IMG/VR virus record: IMGVR_UViG_3300040759_000032
Coordinates: 1-64,000 of that record
Direction: 5' to 3' (one strand)
From: a virus
DNA length: 64,000 nucleotides
Translations under genes and position numbers: made by a program
Shown: positions 24,558 to 36,700 of the stretch, one piece after another
How the letters are laid out: the number at the start of each line of letters is the position of its first letter
How positions within the stretch are numbered: position 1 is the first letter of the stretch
The notes under the pieces: model-generated
Told to the model about the DNA's origin: nothing
Database searches by the model: none
Seen by the model: only the letters and a program-made list of their open reading frames with translations

Positions 24558-27500
24558 CGTCCGGCCCCTTCCTCGCCCGGTCTCGCTGAGGGATCTCTGT
24601 GAGCGGCCCGTACTCGTCGAGCAGCGCAGGCGTCACATACGCTCCCCCGGCTCGCCATTCGTGCTCGGCCGGGTTGAAGCCGGTCATCTTCCAGGTGTCC
24701 TTGAGGCTGTCCGGAGGCTCGCCCTGGCGGGTCCATTCGACGCCGCCGAAGTCGTAGACGCGGGTCACGTCATAGGGGATCTCGTCACCGGGGGCGAAGG
24801 TGCGGGCGGCCGTGGTGGCGCGCTCGCGGCGGACGACGGCGACCGCGCGGCGGGCGAACCGCCCCCGGTCCTCAGGGGCTGTCGCTCCGGCGGCATGGAA
24901 CAAGTCGGCCAGCTCCGCCCACAGGCGGGCGTCATTCGGGTGCCTAGGCATCGGGTTCTTCCCTCCACGGGCCGATCTCGGCAGGGCGCGGGACCACCGT
25001 CATGACGCTGGTGATCGCCTGCTGCTCGGGGCTGAGAACCTCGGCCGGCTTGGAGTGGCGGGAGCACTTCCACGGCCTCGCCTGCTGGTCCTTAATCGAT
25101 GCGGCCTCATCGCGGCGCGTCTCGTGGTGGTAGACGACCTTCTCCGGGCAGGGCTGGTCGGCGCACCGGATGGTCTGCCTGTAGTCACCCCTCGGCATCG
25201 CCGTCCGCCTTCCCGGTCAGCTCGGCGAGCGTTTCCCGAGCCCCCTGCAGGTACTCCTCAGCGTCAGGGGCTCCGCATTCCCCCAGATGGGCGATGTTCG
25301 CGCGGAGAGCGGAGACGGAATCGCCCCAGTCGCCGCCTTGCGCCCCGCACGCCCCGCACTCGAAGCCGAACAGCCCGGCTCCCGTCGTCGTCCCGGTCAG
25401 CTCGCGGGCGATGGCCTCGCGGAACCGCGCCGCGCACTCCTGCCGGACCCATGCGCGGTCCTCGGTAAGCGCCGGGGGCTCGGCGGGGTCGTCGCCGCCG
25501 GCCAGCTCGCCGGCCAGCTTCAGCGCCGCGTCAACCACGCCCAGGAGGCGCCCGCGGGCGAGGTCCAGGGCGGTCACGGCATTGCCCGCCGCGTCGATCT
25601 CCTCTTCGTCGAACTCCGGCGCGTAGCCCTTGCGGGCGTCGCGCGCGGCCTCGGAGAGCAGGGCCAGCGCGGGGGCGCTGTCAATCGCCCTGATCTCATC
25701 GAGGGCTGTCTTCAGCGGGTCGTCAGCCACCGGCGTTCTCCCGTCTCGTCTCGATGAACACCGGCTCGCCGTCGCGGTACGCCGCGAGCCCGTGCCCGAA
25801 GCTCTGCGCGGACGGGCCGGTGACCTCGCGGCGGTCCGTGTCGCGCAGAAGCGCGAGGACGTCCTCCCGGTCCCAGCGCGCGCCGATGAGCGTGATGCCG
25901 GCGTCGAGGAACGTGTGGATCCTGTCGCCGTCCGGTAGTAGGGCGACAGCCTCGTCGAAGGACAGGAGCGTGATCTCGTCATCAGCCACCGTTCACCCCT
26001 TTCCCGGTGAGCGCCTTGACGATCGCCTCGTATTCCGGGCACGGGCAGTCGATTCGCTCGCCGCCTTCGCCGTCGACGCACGACGAGCAGACCGCGCCCT
26101 CCGGCTTCCCCTCGCACAGCCACTCCCCGCTGCCGTCGCCGTCCTCGAAGTGAAGATCGGAGTCCGGGTGATGCGGGCAGTTGCCGGGCTCCCCCTCAGT
26201 GGAGGCGTTCCCGTACAGGCCGACGCGCTCATGGAAGCCGAGGGCGGCCTCTACCGCCTTCATGGCCGTGTCCGCCACCCCGAGAGCGAGGCCGAGGCGG
26301 AACAGGACGGTCGTGATGGTCGCGCCGTCAGCGTCGGCCGCCGCGGTGAGCAGGTCGGCGCGCAGCTGGGCTAGCCGGCCCGCCAGCTTGTCGTCAGTCG
26401 GCATCGGGGTAGCTCCCGTTCACGTAGAGCCTCGTCTCGTCGACCGCTTGCGTCACGGCGTCGCCGACCCTGCGGACGCCCGCGTCGAAGCCCGCCGCGT
26501 AGGCGTCCCGGGCGGCCGGGACAAGGAGCGTCAGCGTCCGCCCCTTGGCCCGGCGGAGAACGTCGTCCCACGTCGGGTGATCCTTGATGGTCCGGATGTC
26601 AGGGCAGTACCAGTTTCCGATGTTCGACTTGTTCGACACCCACACCTCTTGATGAGCCTCGCCCCAGTCGATGGCGACGACGGAGCCGGTCGGCGGCTCC
26701 TCCTCGATCGCGCCGCGAGCGTCATCAGCCATGGAGTATTCCCTTGGCCTGGTCGATCAGGTCCCTGGCCCTGCTGGCGAGCTTCAGGGCCTCACGTGCG
26801 GCCCTGGCCTCGGCCGGGGTCAGCGGCGAGTCGATCGCCCGCAGCCAGTCGGCGACCTCGGATATCTCGCTGCCAGCGGCGTCCAGGTGGCCGAGCGCGT
26901 GGCTGCTGATCTCGGGCCACGTCGGCAGGTCGGCCATCAGTTCACCGGCCCCAGCACGATGACCCGCTCAGCGGAGTCGCCCGGCTCGTACCTGTCGTCC
27001 TCGTCGGCCTGGGTCCATTCCCCGGACGCCACCATCACGGCGACCTGCTCCGGGGTCGGGTACACCTCGCCGGAATAGGTGCTGTCGGGCTCGTAGACAG
27101 CCTCCCAGGCGTCCGCGAGGGGCGAGTGGCCGTTGCCCTCGGCGTCCTTGCGGAGGATCACCTTGCGGTCCCTCGGCTGGCCGACGAGGAAGTCGTGCAG
27201 CGCGCCGACGGTGCCCGGCACGGTCGGCTCCTCGGCTTCCAGCTCGCCGAGGATCTCATCGGCAAGCGCGTGCTGCTCGTCGCGCAGGCTCCGCCGCCCC
27301 TCCTCGTGCGCCTGCCGGACCAGCGCCTTCATCTGCGCGACCGCACCCGAGTCCACGGGGAGCCGGTCCGTCGCGACGTGGCGCAGCAAGCGCTCGGCGC
27401 TGGCTTCCAGATCGCTTGTCATGTGTTGCCTCCGTTTGTCGTCTGTTTACGCCGTCAGTTGAGATGTGGACTGATCAGAAGGGCGGCTCGTCGCGGCGCT

Positions 27501-30500
27501 CCCGCAGGTACCGGCGGGAGTCGGCGAGCCGGGCGGTCGCCGACCCGCAAGGACACAAAGCCGCCCCGTTGTAGCCGGGCGGTATCGGGTGCTCCGGCTT
27601 CGACGTCAGGCTGTAGTTCCATCCCCGGCCCCCGCAGGCGCCGCAGGTGCGATTAGCCCGCAGTCGCAGCGTGACCTCGACCGGGCCGAGCCGGAGCGTC
27701 CACGGGTGGCGCGTGGCGGCCTGCAGGCGCCACCACGGGGAGGCCAGCCAGTTGCCGATGTCCCGGGCCGTCTGCCACGCCATCGCGGCCAGCGAGGGGC
27801 GGCAGTCGCACTCCCCGCCGCCGTGAACGGTCTCGCAGTGCTCGGCGTACTCCTCGTAAGCCCTGGCGATCTCGGCGTCCTCGGGGTCGGGCTCGCGGTA
27901 GTCGTCGTCGTAGTCGCGCCAGTCGCCGTCATCGTCGTCCGGCTCCTGGTCGTCTTCCTCGTCCCACTCGTCCACGGCGCTCACCCGGCCGCCTCTGCCT
28001 GCGCCCGCATCTCCTCGGCGGCCTCGGCCCACCGGGTGAAGGACCCGCCCTCGCTGCGGGCGATCATGCCGGCCCTGCTGGCGTAATCCTCAAGCGCCTG
28101 GGTGAGCACGTGCGCCGTGTCAGGGTCGGACAGGTCGTAGGCGACCGTCTGCGACCCGGCGCCATGCTCCTCGGCTACGAGCACGGCGAGGTAGTCAGCC
28201 CAGCCCATGAGAGTCCGGGCGCGGTCGCGCACCGCGATGGCGATGATGTCGTCCCCGGCGCCCTTGCGGCCGAGCCCTGCGGCTGCCTGCAACTCGTGCC
28301 GGAGCGCCTCCTCAAGGGAGGCGCGGGCCTGCGCGGCGGTCGTGGCCGTGTTCGGCCTCGTCCGCCCCGCCCGGTCCGCGTTGCCGCCCGGCCCGTACTC
28401 CTCGTGGTAGGAGCGCTTGTTCTCCCGCGCCGACCAGTCCGCCCGCCACGTCACCGACCCTGTGCAGTTCCCGCACGTGACCAGGTCCAGGTCCGCCGTC
28501 AGGCGCTCCTCCGGCACCCGGCGCAGGCCGCACGCCGCGACGTCAGAACCGCCGTTCAGGCTCCGGTAGTGGACTGCCGGCCCTGGTTTCGGGCCGGTCA
28601 TCGGGGCGCCGCACACTGAGCACGCCATCAGTTCCCCTCTCCTGCCGCCGTGGCGGCCTCGACCAGCGCGCAGATCTCGATGTGGAGCCGGCGAATCCAG
28701 CACCAGTGGCACTCGCCGCAGGTTTCACCCGCCGACATTGACGCGAGCACCGCACTGCGGATGGCGCGGAAGTCGCGCCACTCCCGGCGGGCCGACTCCT
28801 CCGAAGAGTCCAGCCCGACGCTTGCCAGTCCGTACTCCTCCAACGTCTGGTCGCACTCGTCATTCAGCGCCTCGCTCAGGTTGCCGAGGGCGTATCGAAC
28901 GTCATCAAGCCGTTTCGCGTCGACCGTTACGTTCCCGTAGCGGGCGCGGTGCCAGCCGCGAAGCCGCTGCACCGCGTCGATTTCCTCCAGCTCCAGCCAG
29001 GTGCCGGACTCCTGGCGCGCCTTAAGGATGTCCTGCTCAATGTCGGGGTCGTAGGGGGCACGGTGCCAGGGGGGCAGGCGCAGCCCGGCGCGCTCGGCGA
29101 GCGGGGCGATCACCGAGCGGGGCGGGGCGCAGTCCATCGACAGCGCCTCCTCGATCTCCTGGATGAGGCGCACGTCGATGGTCACCTCGCGGCCCCGGTT
29201 CATTGCGCGCCCGTTCCTGCCGCCGTGGCGGCCTCGCCGTGCCCTTGGCGCTCCTGCAGTTCCTCGTGCAGCAGGTCGTACACGGAGGCCACCGCCTCGT
29301 CGGCGTCGTGATCGCCGCACAGCTTGCCCCGGTCGGGCCGGGCCGCGTCGTAGCCGTTGCCGTCACAGTCGGAGCAGTCTCCGTCCTGGTACTCGCGGCG
29401 GTAGTCCGCGGCGTCTTCCAGGGCGCTGAGAACGGTGCCGAGCTGCTCCCGGTCAAGGACGGGTCCGAGCGCCTCCCTCAGCGCCGCCTCGATCGTCGGC
29501 GTGCTGTCGTCCTCGCCGAGGCCGATGCGCTTCGCCACCCTCCCCGCCCGGGTCGACGCGGAGGGGTACCGGTGGAGCGCGTTGTGAACGAGGGCGGCTA
29601 GGTCGCGGATGGTGTCGTCCCGGTCAGTCATGATGCCGCCTCTCGCTTCTGGAGTGCGGCCAACTCATCCGTCGCCTTCCGGAGATCTTCCTCGGCCTGC
29701 TTCAGCCGGTGGTCGCGCTCGCCGGCCGAGAGCGGCTGCCTCCCGGTGACGAGCAGGGTCGCGGCCAGCGCGAGCAGGAGCAGGGGGGCGCCTGCGAGGG
29801 CCAGCATGGCGCGGTTGCGGCGGCTCGCCCTGAAGTCCTCCACGGGCCGGGCCGCGCACTTCGCGCAGCATCCGGTCGCAGGGTGCCGGAAGTCACGGTA
29901 GTCCGGGCACCGGGTGTACTCGCCGCCGCTATGGGACATGGCGGCCAGCCATTCACGGCGGACGGCGACCCTGTAGCCCAGGCGGGCGCACAGCAGCCAG
30001 GGCAGGGGCAGGCCAAGGAGGTAGGCGAGGATCACGATCGCGCCCCCTCGCGCTGCTCGTTGGCGGCGCGGATTGCGGCGAGCATCTGCCGCTTCTCCGC
30101 CTCGATCTTGGCGAGGTCGATCTCCGCCCAGTCGGCGAGAAGCTGGAGGGTTCCGCGCTGCTCGTGGACCCATCCGCGGGTGGTGATCGTGTACTCGCGG
30201 CCTTTCTCGCACCAGCAGCAGAGGCCCGGCTCCTGAATGCAGTCGTCGGCGTCGCGGGCCTTGCCGTGCCAGTGCAGGCAGTGGGTCTCGTAGTAGAGCG
30301 CGCTTCCCACGTCAGAGTCCGAAGTTGGCCAGCAGGGGTCGTCCCGGTGCTTGCGCTTGCGCTCAGGGCAGTCCGGGTCGGTCGGGCGGATATCCTCCAG
30401 ATCGGTGCGGTACCTCATGAGCTGGACACCCTGGGTCTCAAGCCAGTCGAGGAACTCGCCGATGGCCTGGGTCTGCTCTACGACCAGCGCCTGACGGTCG

Positions 30501-30516
30501 TGCTCCGGGTAGGCGC

Positions 30517-31092
30517 TCATGATGCCGCCCCCGTCACGGGCGCGCGGAAGTCCCGCTTCTTGATCTTGGCCATCCGCCCGTCCGGGTGGTGCCAGACGAT
30601 GCCCTCGTAGGGGTGGGCGTGCAGCCACGCGGCGAGGCCGTCGAAGTCGCGAGGCACGTCCCGCAGGCGCAGCGCGGTCTCGTGGAACACGAGCTGGTCG
30701 ACTGGGAACCCCTCCGGGTTGCCGTTGACCTTCGGCCCGGTCAGCTCGTAAGTGCCCGGCCGCCAGGCGGTCAACTCCGGGTCGAACCGGGCGAGCACCG
30801 CGGCGTGAACCTTCGCGTACCCCGACTGGCCGACCGGCTCCCAGCCCATCGCCTTGCCGGTCTCTGGGTCGGTGCCGAGCAAAACGAAACCGTCAGGAGC
30901 GGGCTTGCCCTCCTTGACCTCGCGCCGCGCCCACCAGCGGTCGCCGTCGAACATGACGCACGTTCCGTCGTACTTGCGAGTTGGCGTCCCCTCGCCCGCG
31001 ATGACCCACTCGCAGCCGGGCGTGACCTGCGGTAGCACGTAGCGCCGGTCGCCGTCCCAGTCCCGCGCGAAAAGGGTCGGAATCTTCTTCAC
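30517..31092 (-). CDS. RNA-ligase-like nucleotidyltransferase (DUF5565/RLIG1-like)
   Basis: KKIPTLF, motif I TRKYDGT, TYELTGPKVNGNP, EGIVW, MAKIKKRDF. Confidence 0.75.
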   Translation of the reverse strand: MKKIPTLFARDWDGDRRYVLPQVTPGCEWVIAGEGTPTRKYDGTCVMFDGDRWWARREVKEGKPAPDGFVLLGTDPETGKAMGWEPVGQSGYAKVHAAVLARFDPELTAWRPGTYELTGPKVNGNPEGFPVDQLVFHETALRLRDVPRDFDGLAAWLHAHPYEGIVWHHPDGRMAKIKKRDFRAPVTGAAS

Positions 31093-31630
31093 TTGCTTGC
31101 CTCCGTTGTCGTCGCCGGTGCCTCTTCGCCACAGTCCGGTTCGCACGCCTCAAGGCCGCCGCACTCCTCGCAGGGGAACCCGTGGACCGCGCACTGAGGG
31201 GGAAGGAACTCCCCGCCGCTGATGACGCAGTTGCAGGCGGGCGCCTCGTCCGCCATGAGGAGGGCCGACAGCTTCCTCAGCTCCTGGTACCCGCCGTACT
31301 GCCGCATCGCCTCAAGACGGCTGGCGACCTCGACCCAGTCGGCGAGTTCGAGGTTTCGGGGCTCTTCCGCGCCGTCCCGGTTCGGGATGCTCGCCAGCTC
31401 GTCGCGGGCCTCGGCGAGGTCGATGCCGAGCGCGTGGAAGTCAAGCTCCCGGAGCCGGTACCGGGCGAGGGCGTTCCACCAGTCCGCGATCCGCAGTTCG
31501 AGCTCCCGGACCCCTGCGGGCTTCAGGGTCATCTCCGGGACCACGAGACCGTCATAGTCCCGGCGGAGGACGAGAGGCGCCCCCTCGTGATCGTGGACGA
31601 TGCCCAGCGTGACGTGGGCGTCGGGGTTGG

Positions 31631-32272
31631 TCATCGGTTCTCCTCGGTCTCTGCGGGCTTGCGGTCGGCCTTGGCGCGCACGACAACCGGGGCGAACATC
31701 CCCCCGGCGCCGCGCTCGACCGTGTAGCCGGCCTCCTCGATCGCGTCGGCGTAGCGGCCCTCCTGCTCGGCCCTGCGCCCCTCGATCGCGTCGTCGATCA
31801 TGAAGAACCCGGTCTCGTGATAGACCGCGACCTCACCGTCACTTCGCCTGGAAACCACGAAGCCCGCAGACCGGTTGCGAAAGCCCCGCACCCGCGAGGT
31901 GCTGCTCTCGGACCGCTTGAAACCGGCCTTGCGCAGCAGCGCCGAGATGCCCTGCGGAGTTGGCTGCTTGGTGGTCATGGTCGGGTCTCCTTGGTCTCTT
32001 CGTCTTCGCGCCCGTCCCAGTGCAGCCCCGACAGCAGCGCGGTACTGGTCGGGCACTGCCAGGGCTTGCGGCACTCGCGGCACTTCCCGCCGCCGTCGGC
32101 CGAGCATGTCCTCGGCGTGACGCTCCGCGTCGTCAACGGCTTCCTCGACGGTCGCGCCCGCGCCGAGGAAGTCGTACTCCTCGCCGTTCTTCTCGGCGCG
32201 GACGGTCACGGCGAACGCGGCTGGCGCGCACGTGCACCCGATCAGCCTGGGCTGCTTCCTGGCGTTGCTCAT
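31631..32272 (-). CDS. Hypothetical protein (possibly two in-frame units)
   Basis: TACAAT-N6-ATG start; HicB-like GATVEEAV segment; internal MTTKQ start candidate. Confidence 0.45.
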   Translation of the reverse strand: MSNARKQPRLIGCTCAPAAFAVTVRAEKNGEEYDFLGAGATVEEAVDDAERHAEDMLGRRRREVPRVPQALAVPDQYRAAVGAALGRARRRRDQGDPTMTTKQPTPQGISALLRKAGFKRSESSTSRVRGFRNRSAGFVVSRRSDGEVAVYHETGFFMIDDAIEGRRAEQEGRYADAIEEAGYTVERGAGGMFAPVVVRAKADRKPAETEENR

Positions 32273-32279
32273 GAATGAA

Positions 32280-32336
32280 TTGTACAACGCGTCTCTTTGT
32301 ACAAGCAAGCTCTTTCGGAATTGAGTTACGATGTAC
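32280..32336. promoter_or_regulatory. Divergent promoters with TTGTACAA palindromic operators
   Basis: TTGTACAA at 32280 and 32297, TGTAC at 32332; AT-rich. Confidence 0.65.
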
Positions 32337-32338
32337 TC

Positions 32339-32563
32339 ATGGACGAGATCCCCGGCACCATGCCGGTAAGCGACGCGAGAGCCAACCTCACCGAGGTCGT
32401 CAACGCCGTTCGCCTTCAGGACCGGACAGTTCGCCTCACCCGGCGCGGCACGCAGCAGGCCGCGATCGTGCCGACCGACGTACTTGACCTCATCGAGGAG
32501 GCGGGCGGCCTCGACCGCGCCCGCGAAGGGCTCCGCCGCCTTGCGGTCGACGACGCGAACTAG
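32339..32563 (+). CDS. Phd/YefM-family antitoxin-like protein
   Basis: PVSDARANLTEVVNAV.....VRLTRRGTQQAAIVP. Confidence 0.88.
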   Translation: MDEIPGTMPVSDARANLTEVVNAVRLQDRTVRLTRRGTQQAAIVPTDVLDLIEEAGGLDRAREGLRRLAVDDAN

Positions 32564-33540
32564 TCCGCCCACCATTGCCCCTTCAATTCGAACCGTTCCC
32601 GCAGTTCCCGCCTCAAGTCGCCGAGCGTCCGCCCGGTCACTTCCTCGCACCCGGCCGGCCGTGGCGCTCGCCTGTCCTGCGCAGCCGCATAGAGGTAGGC
32701 GCGCCACCGCCGGCCTTCATCGAGGCAGATCCCCGCGTGCTTGCCGTCCGCGAGGATGTCAGCGGCGCCGACGTCGTAGGCGGGGAAGGTCAGGCGCGCC
32801 GGGCGGTCAGTCATCGCCGCAGTCCTTGCACAGATAGCACCCGTCGCCGTCGGCGCGGATCGTGTCGCCTGGCTCAATGTCCTCCCAGCAGCCGCGGCAC
32901 ATGCCGGGGAACTGCGCGGTGAACCAGGGGCCGTAGACGCCCGGCTCCGTAGCGCCCCGGGCCGCATCGCGCCCGGCCGCCTTCGCCCGGCCCTCGGCCC
33001 CATTGCAGACCGCGCACCCGGCCGGATCCATGTCGTGGATGCAAGGCTCAGCCACGGCCGCCCCCGAGCCCCCTCCGCAGCAGGACGGCCATCCACGCGG
33101 TCCCGGCGGCCTCGGCGAGCATCTCCCGCACGATCGCCTCGGCCTCCGCCCGCACGGCCGCCCGGTGCCGCTCCCGCCACTCGTCGCACGCCCGGACGTA
33201 AAGGCCGCGCGCCCTCATCCAGGCGAGCCCGCCCGCCTCCCCGGCCGCCCGGCAGACGGCGAGCAGCTCCTCGTCGGTGACCTCCGGGGCGCGCTTCACG
33301 GTGGCCGTGGCGCTCACGACGGGCTCCCCGCTGTCTCGTCCGGCTCAGGCTCCCCGTTGACGACCCGGATCGCCGCGTCCTGCGCCGCGATCAGCTCAGG
33401 CGAGCCGAGTCCCGCGCCGCGCTTGTACGCCGCGTAGACGGCCCGCTGGAGGGGCACGGGCACCAGCCGCCAGCAGCCGCCGCACATCAGCAGCCGGTCT
33501 CCCACGGTCCGCCTGCAGCCGCTGCGGGGGCACTGGTGGC

Positions 33541-33744
33541 TCATGACGGCTCGCCGCCTTCCTTCTGGCCGCGCAGCAGGGCGCGGATCTCCGCCTCCCT
33601 GAATCTCCGGTGGCCCCCGGGAGTGCGGATGCTGCTTATGCGCCCAGACGCCGCCCAGCGCGTGACAGTCTTCGGGTCGACACGGAACATCTCGGCTACC
33701 TCTCCCGGGGTGAGGAGCCTGCCTTCCGGGGTGATCTCAGGCAT
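33541..33744 (-). CDS. bldC: BldC-family DNA-binding protein (copy 3)
   Basis: LLTPGEVAEMFRVDPKTVTRWAASGRISSIRTPGGHRRFREAEIRALL. Confidence 0.9.
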   Translation of the reverse strand: MPEITPEGRLLTPGEVAEMFRVDPKTVTRWAASGRISSIRTPGGHRRFREAEIRALLRGQKEGGEPS

Positions 33745-36700
33745 CTGGAATCCTTTCCGCTTCCCCGGCCGCCCGCTCGGCCGAGGCCGCCCGGACATGC
33801 AACTGGTCGTTCTCCTCGGACTGCCGCTCGATCAGCGCCACGGCGCAGCGGTGGTGATCCGGAAAGCGCCAGCAGTGGAAGAAATGCGTGAGCGGCTCGT
33901 CGCCGTCGCCGCCCGCCTCGTCGCCGACGAGGTCCGGTGCGCCGCGACCGCCGAGGGTCTTCCGGATGCTGTTGGCGAGGTCCTGCGCGACCTTGAACAT
34001 GCCGATCTCGCTGTGCCCGTACTGGCCGAGGAAGCACGCGATCCCCTCCCGGGCGTCGGAGATGAGCGCCTCCGCCGCGTCGGCCCGCTCCCGCTCGAAC
34101 GCGATCGCGTCCTGCGCCTGCTGGAGCAGGAGAGCGCGGGCGATCAGCTCGTCGTCGCCCAGCTCGATCGCCGCGGCTTTCGTCCCGGCCATCTCAGCCC
34201 TCCCCGATTTCGGGTGCGCAGGGAAGCTCGTAGAGGTGGAACACGAGCCCTTGCGGCGTCCGGGGGCAGGTGCCGCGCCACTTCGCGCCCTCCGGCAGCG
34301 GGTGGCCGGTCCCGAAGACCCGGAACGCGCGGTTAACCTGCGGCGCCCCCTCGGCGCTCTCGGCCCAGAACTCGACCGAGGAGTCGGCCCAGCCGCCGCC
34401 GAAGTCGAAGGCGACCGCGACAGGGCTGCCGGAAAGGGGGATGGCGTGCGCCCGGTCGTCGATCGGGACCAGGTAGCGGAACATGGTGCGGTTGACCTCG
34501 GTCATGATCCGCCTGCCTTCCCGGCGAGTTTCCTGTACTCGTCCGCCTCGTCCCCGGTGATGGCCCGTGACGCCTCCGCCCGGTCAGCCAGGTTGGCGAG
34601 GGCGGTGCGGAGTTCCTCCCTGTCGGCCGCCGGCTTCGCTTCGGGCGTGCTGAAGACCGCGATCAGCTCCGCATGGCACGCGCCGAGCGCCTCCGCCACG
34701 GCTAGCCCCTCGCTGCCGCACTCGTCGCCCTGGTCGAGTAGCCGCTGCCCGTTGTGCCGGTTCCGGTTGGCGCTGGCCTCCCACTTCGCGGCGAGCGCGG
34801 CAAGTTTGGCGCGCAGCTGCTCGAGCTCGGCGCGGAGCGCGGGAATGTCGCGAAGGTCCTGCGAGCTGTTCCCGGCCTCGTCGAACCATGCCCCGCAGCA
34901 GGGGCAAAGGCGGGCTTCGCAGTTGACGCAGGCGATGTCGCCGGCATCGCAGTTGGAGCGGAATTCCTCGCCGCACAGTCCGCAGATGTAGTCCTTCATC
35001 AGAAGGGCTCCAATCCGGAGTTCTTGATCAGGCCGGCGATCCTTTCCGCCAGGCGGTCGCCGTTGACGACGACCCCCTGCGATGTCCCTGCCGCCTGTTT
35101 GGGGTTCTGGCACATCCGCCAGATCATGTCGATGACCGCGCGCAGCTCGTCCGCGTCGGATGCCGCTACGCCTCCCGGCGTGCGGCCGGTGACGGGGTTC
35201 TCCGGGTCGGGCCACTCGTCGATCGGCGTGGTGTCCGGCACGTCCATCGCGGCGATCCGCATGGCGATCTGCTCGAGCACCCCGAACGAGTCCTCGTCCT
35301 CGGGCGCGTTGGCCGCCATGACCCCGATCTCGTCCAGCAGCTCGCGGAGATGGTCGGCCTCGGCGTGGGCTTTGTCGACGATCGGCTGCCAGTCCTCGGC
35401 CACGGCGAGGCGAACCGCCTCGACCGGTGTCAGCTCGGGCGTGGGCTGCTCCGAGATCGGCAGCAGTGCCCGCAGTTCGCTCACCCATTCCGGGTGATCT
35501 CCGTGATTGGCCTCCACCCACCGGGCAAGCTCCGCAGGCGAGGACAGCGTCTCGGCCAGCTCGGGCGCAGCCTGGGGCTCACGGTCGGCGAGCAGCTTGC
35601 GGAGCCGGTCGCGCTCGGCGAAGACTTCGCTGACCTCGATCTCGCCGTAGCAGCACAGGCCGTCGCAGGCGCAGTCACGCGCGTCGGCGTCCTCGCTGCC
35701 GAGCCTGCACCCGCACCCGTTCGGGCACAGCGGCCAGCCCGACGCGGCAGTGACCGCAATCTGCCAGCCCGCGACGAAGCCGGCCCTGCTGCCGACGTCA
35801 CCGGGGTTGCGGTGCTCGATCCACTGCTCGTACGCGACCTCGGCATTGCCGGGCGCGGGCTGCGGCTCAAGCGCGGCCAGCTCCTTGCGGAGCCTGACGT
35901 TCTCGCGCATGGCGGCGGCGAGCTCGGCGGGCTGGCTGAGCCGCGCGATGGCGGTCGCGGCGACATCGGCGGCGGCTTCCTCCATCCGTTCTTGCTTCTC
36001 CGGCGGCAGTTGATCCCAGGTGGCGAAGTCGCTGGCAGGCCGGCCGAAAGCAGCATGGGCAGAGTCCCGCAGCGAGCCGTGGAGCACCCGGCCGAGCGTT
36101 GGCCCGTCCGTCTCGCCGCTCACCACGCGTTCACCTCGATCGGCTGCGAGCCGGCCGGCGGCTGGCCCGAGCACGGCTTGATCGCCCCGTCCTGCTCGCG
36201 GGCAGTCACCTCATAGGCGTGGCACTTGACGCAGCGGAACAGGTCGGTGTGCGACTCGTAGTGGAATTCGTGGCCGCCGAACGGGTCCGGCTCCGGCGAC
36301 TCGGCCGGCGTCGGGGCGCTCACGCCGCGCCGCCGTAGACCGGCCCGCTAGCCGCCTGCTCGACGGCGGCGTCTTCGCAGCAGTCACGGCACCCGCATCC
36401 GGGAGCGTGGCCGTTGGAGGCGGAAGCGCCGGACGGGTCGCCGGCACCTTCAAGGACCGCGTCCACCTTGGCGAGCGCGTCCCTCGCTATCGCGGCGAGC
36501 TTGTCGTCAGTGCCCAGCTTGACGAGTTGAAGCGCGTGAGTGGCGGCAGTCAGGGCGGTGCGCGCCTGCCAGTAGCCGGGGGTCTCGCCGTCCTCCTCAG
36601 GCTCGGGGTCGTCCGTCAGGCGCATGTCGATCGCGCTGAGTAGCTGCACGGCTAGGTCGCGCGGACGCGCCGGCGTGGCCAGCCACACGCTGTCGCCGGG

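Noticed and set aside
34143-34175. Self-target for spacer 2 (AIELAEELDEL-like versus AIELGDDEL)
   Set aside because: Many mismatches; expected by chance in GC-rich coding DNA
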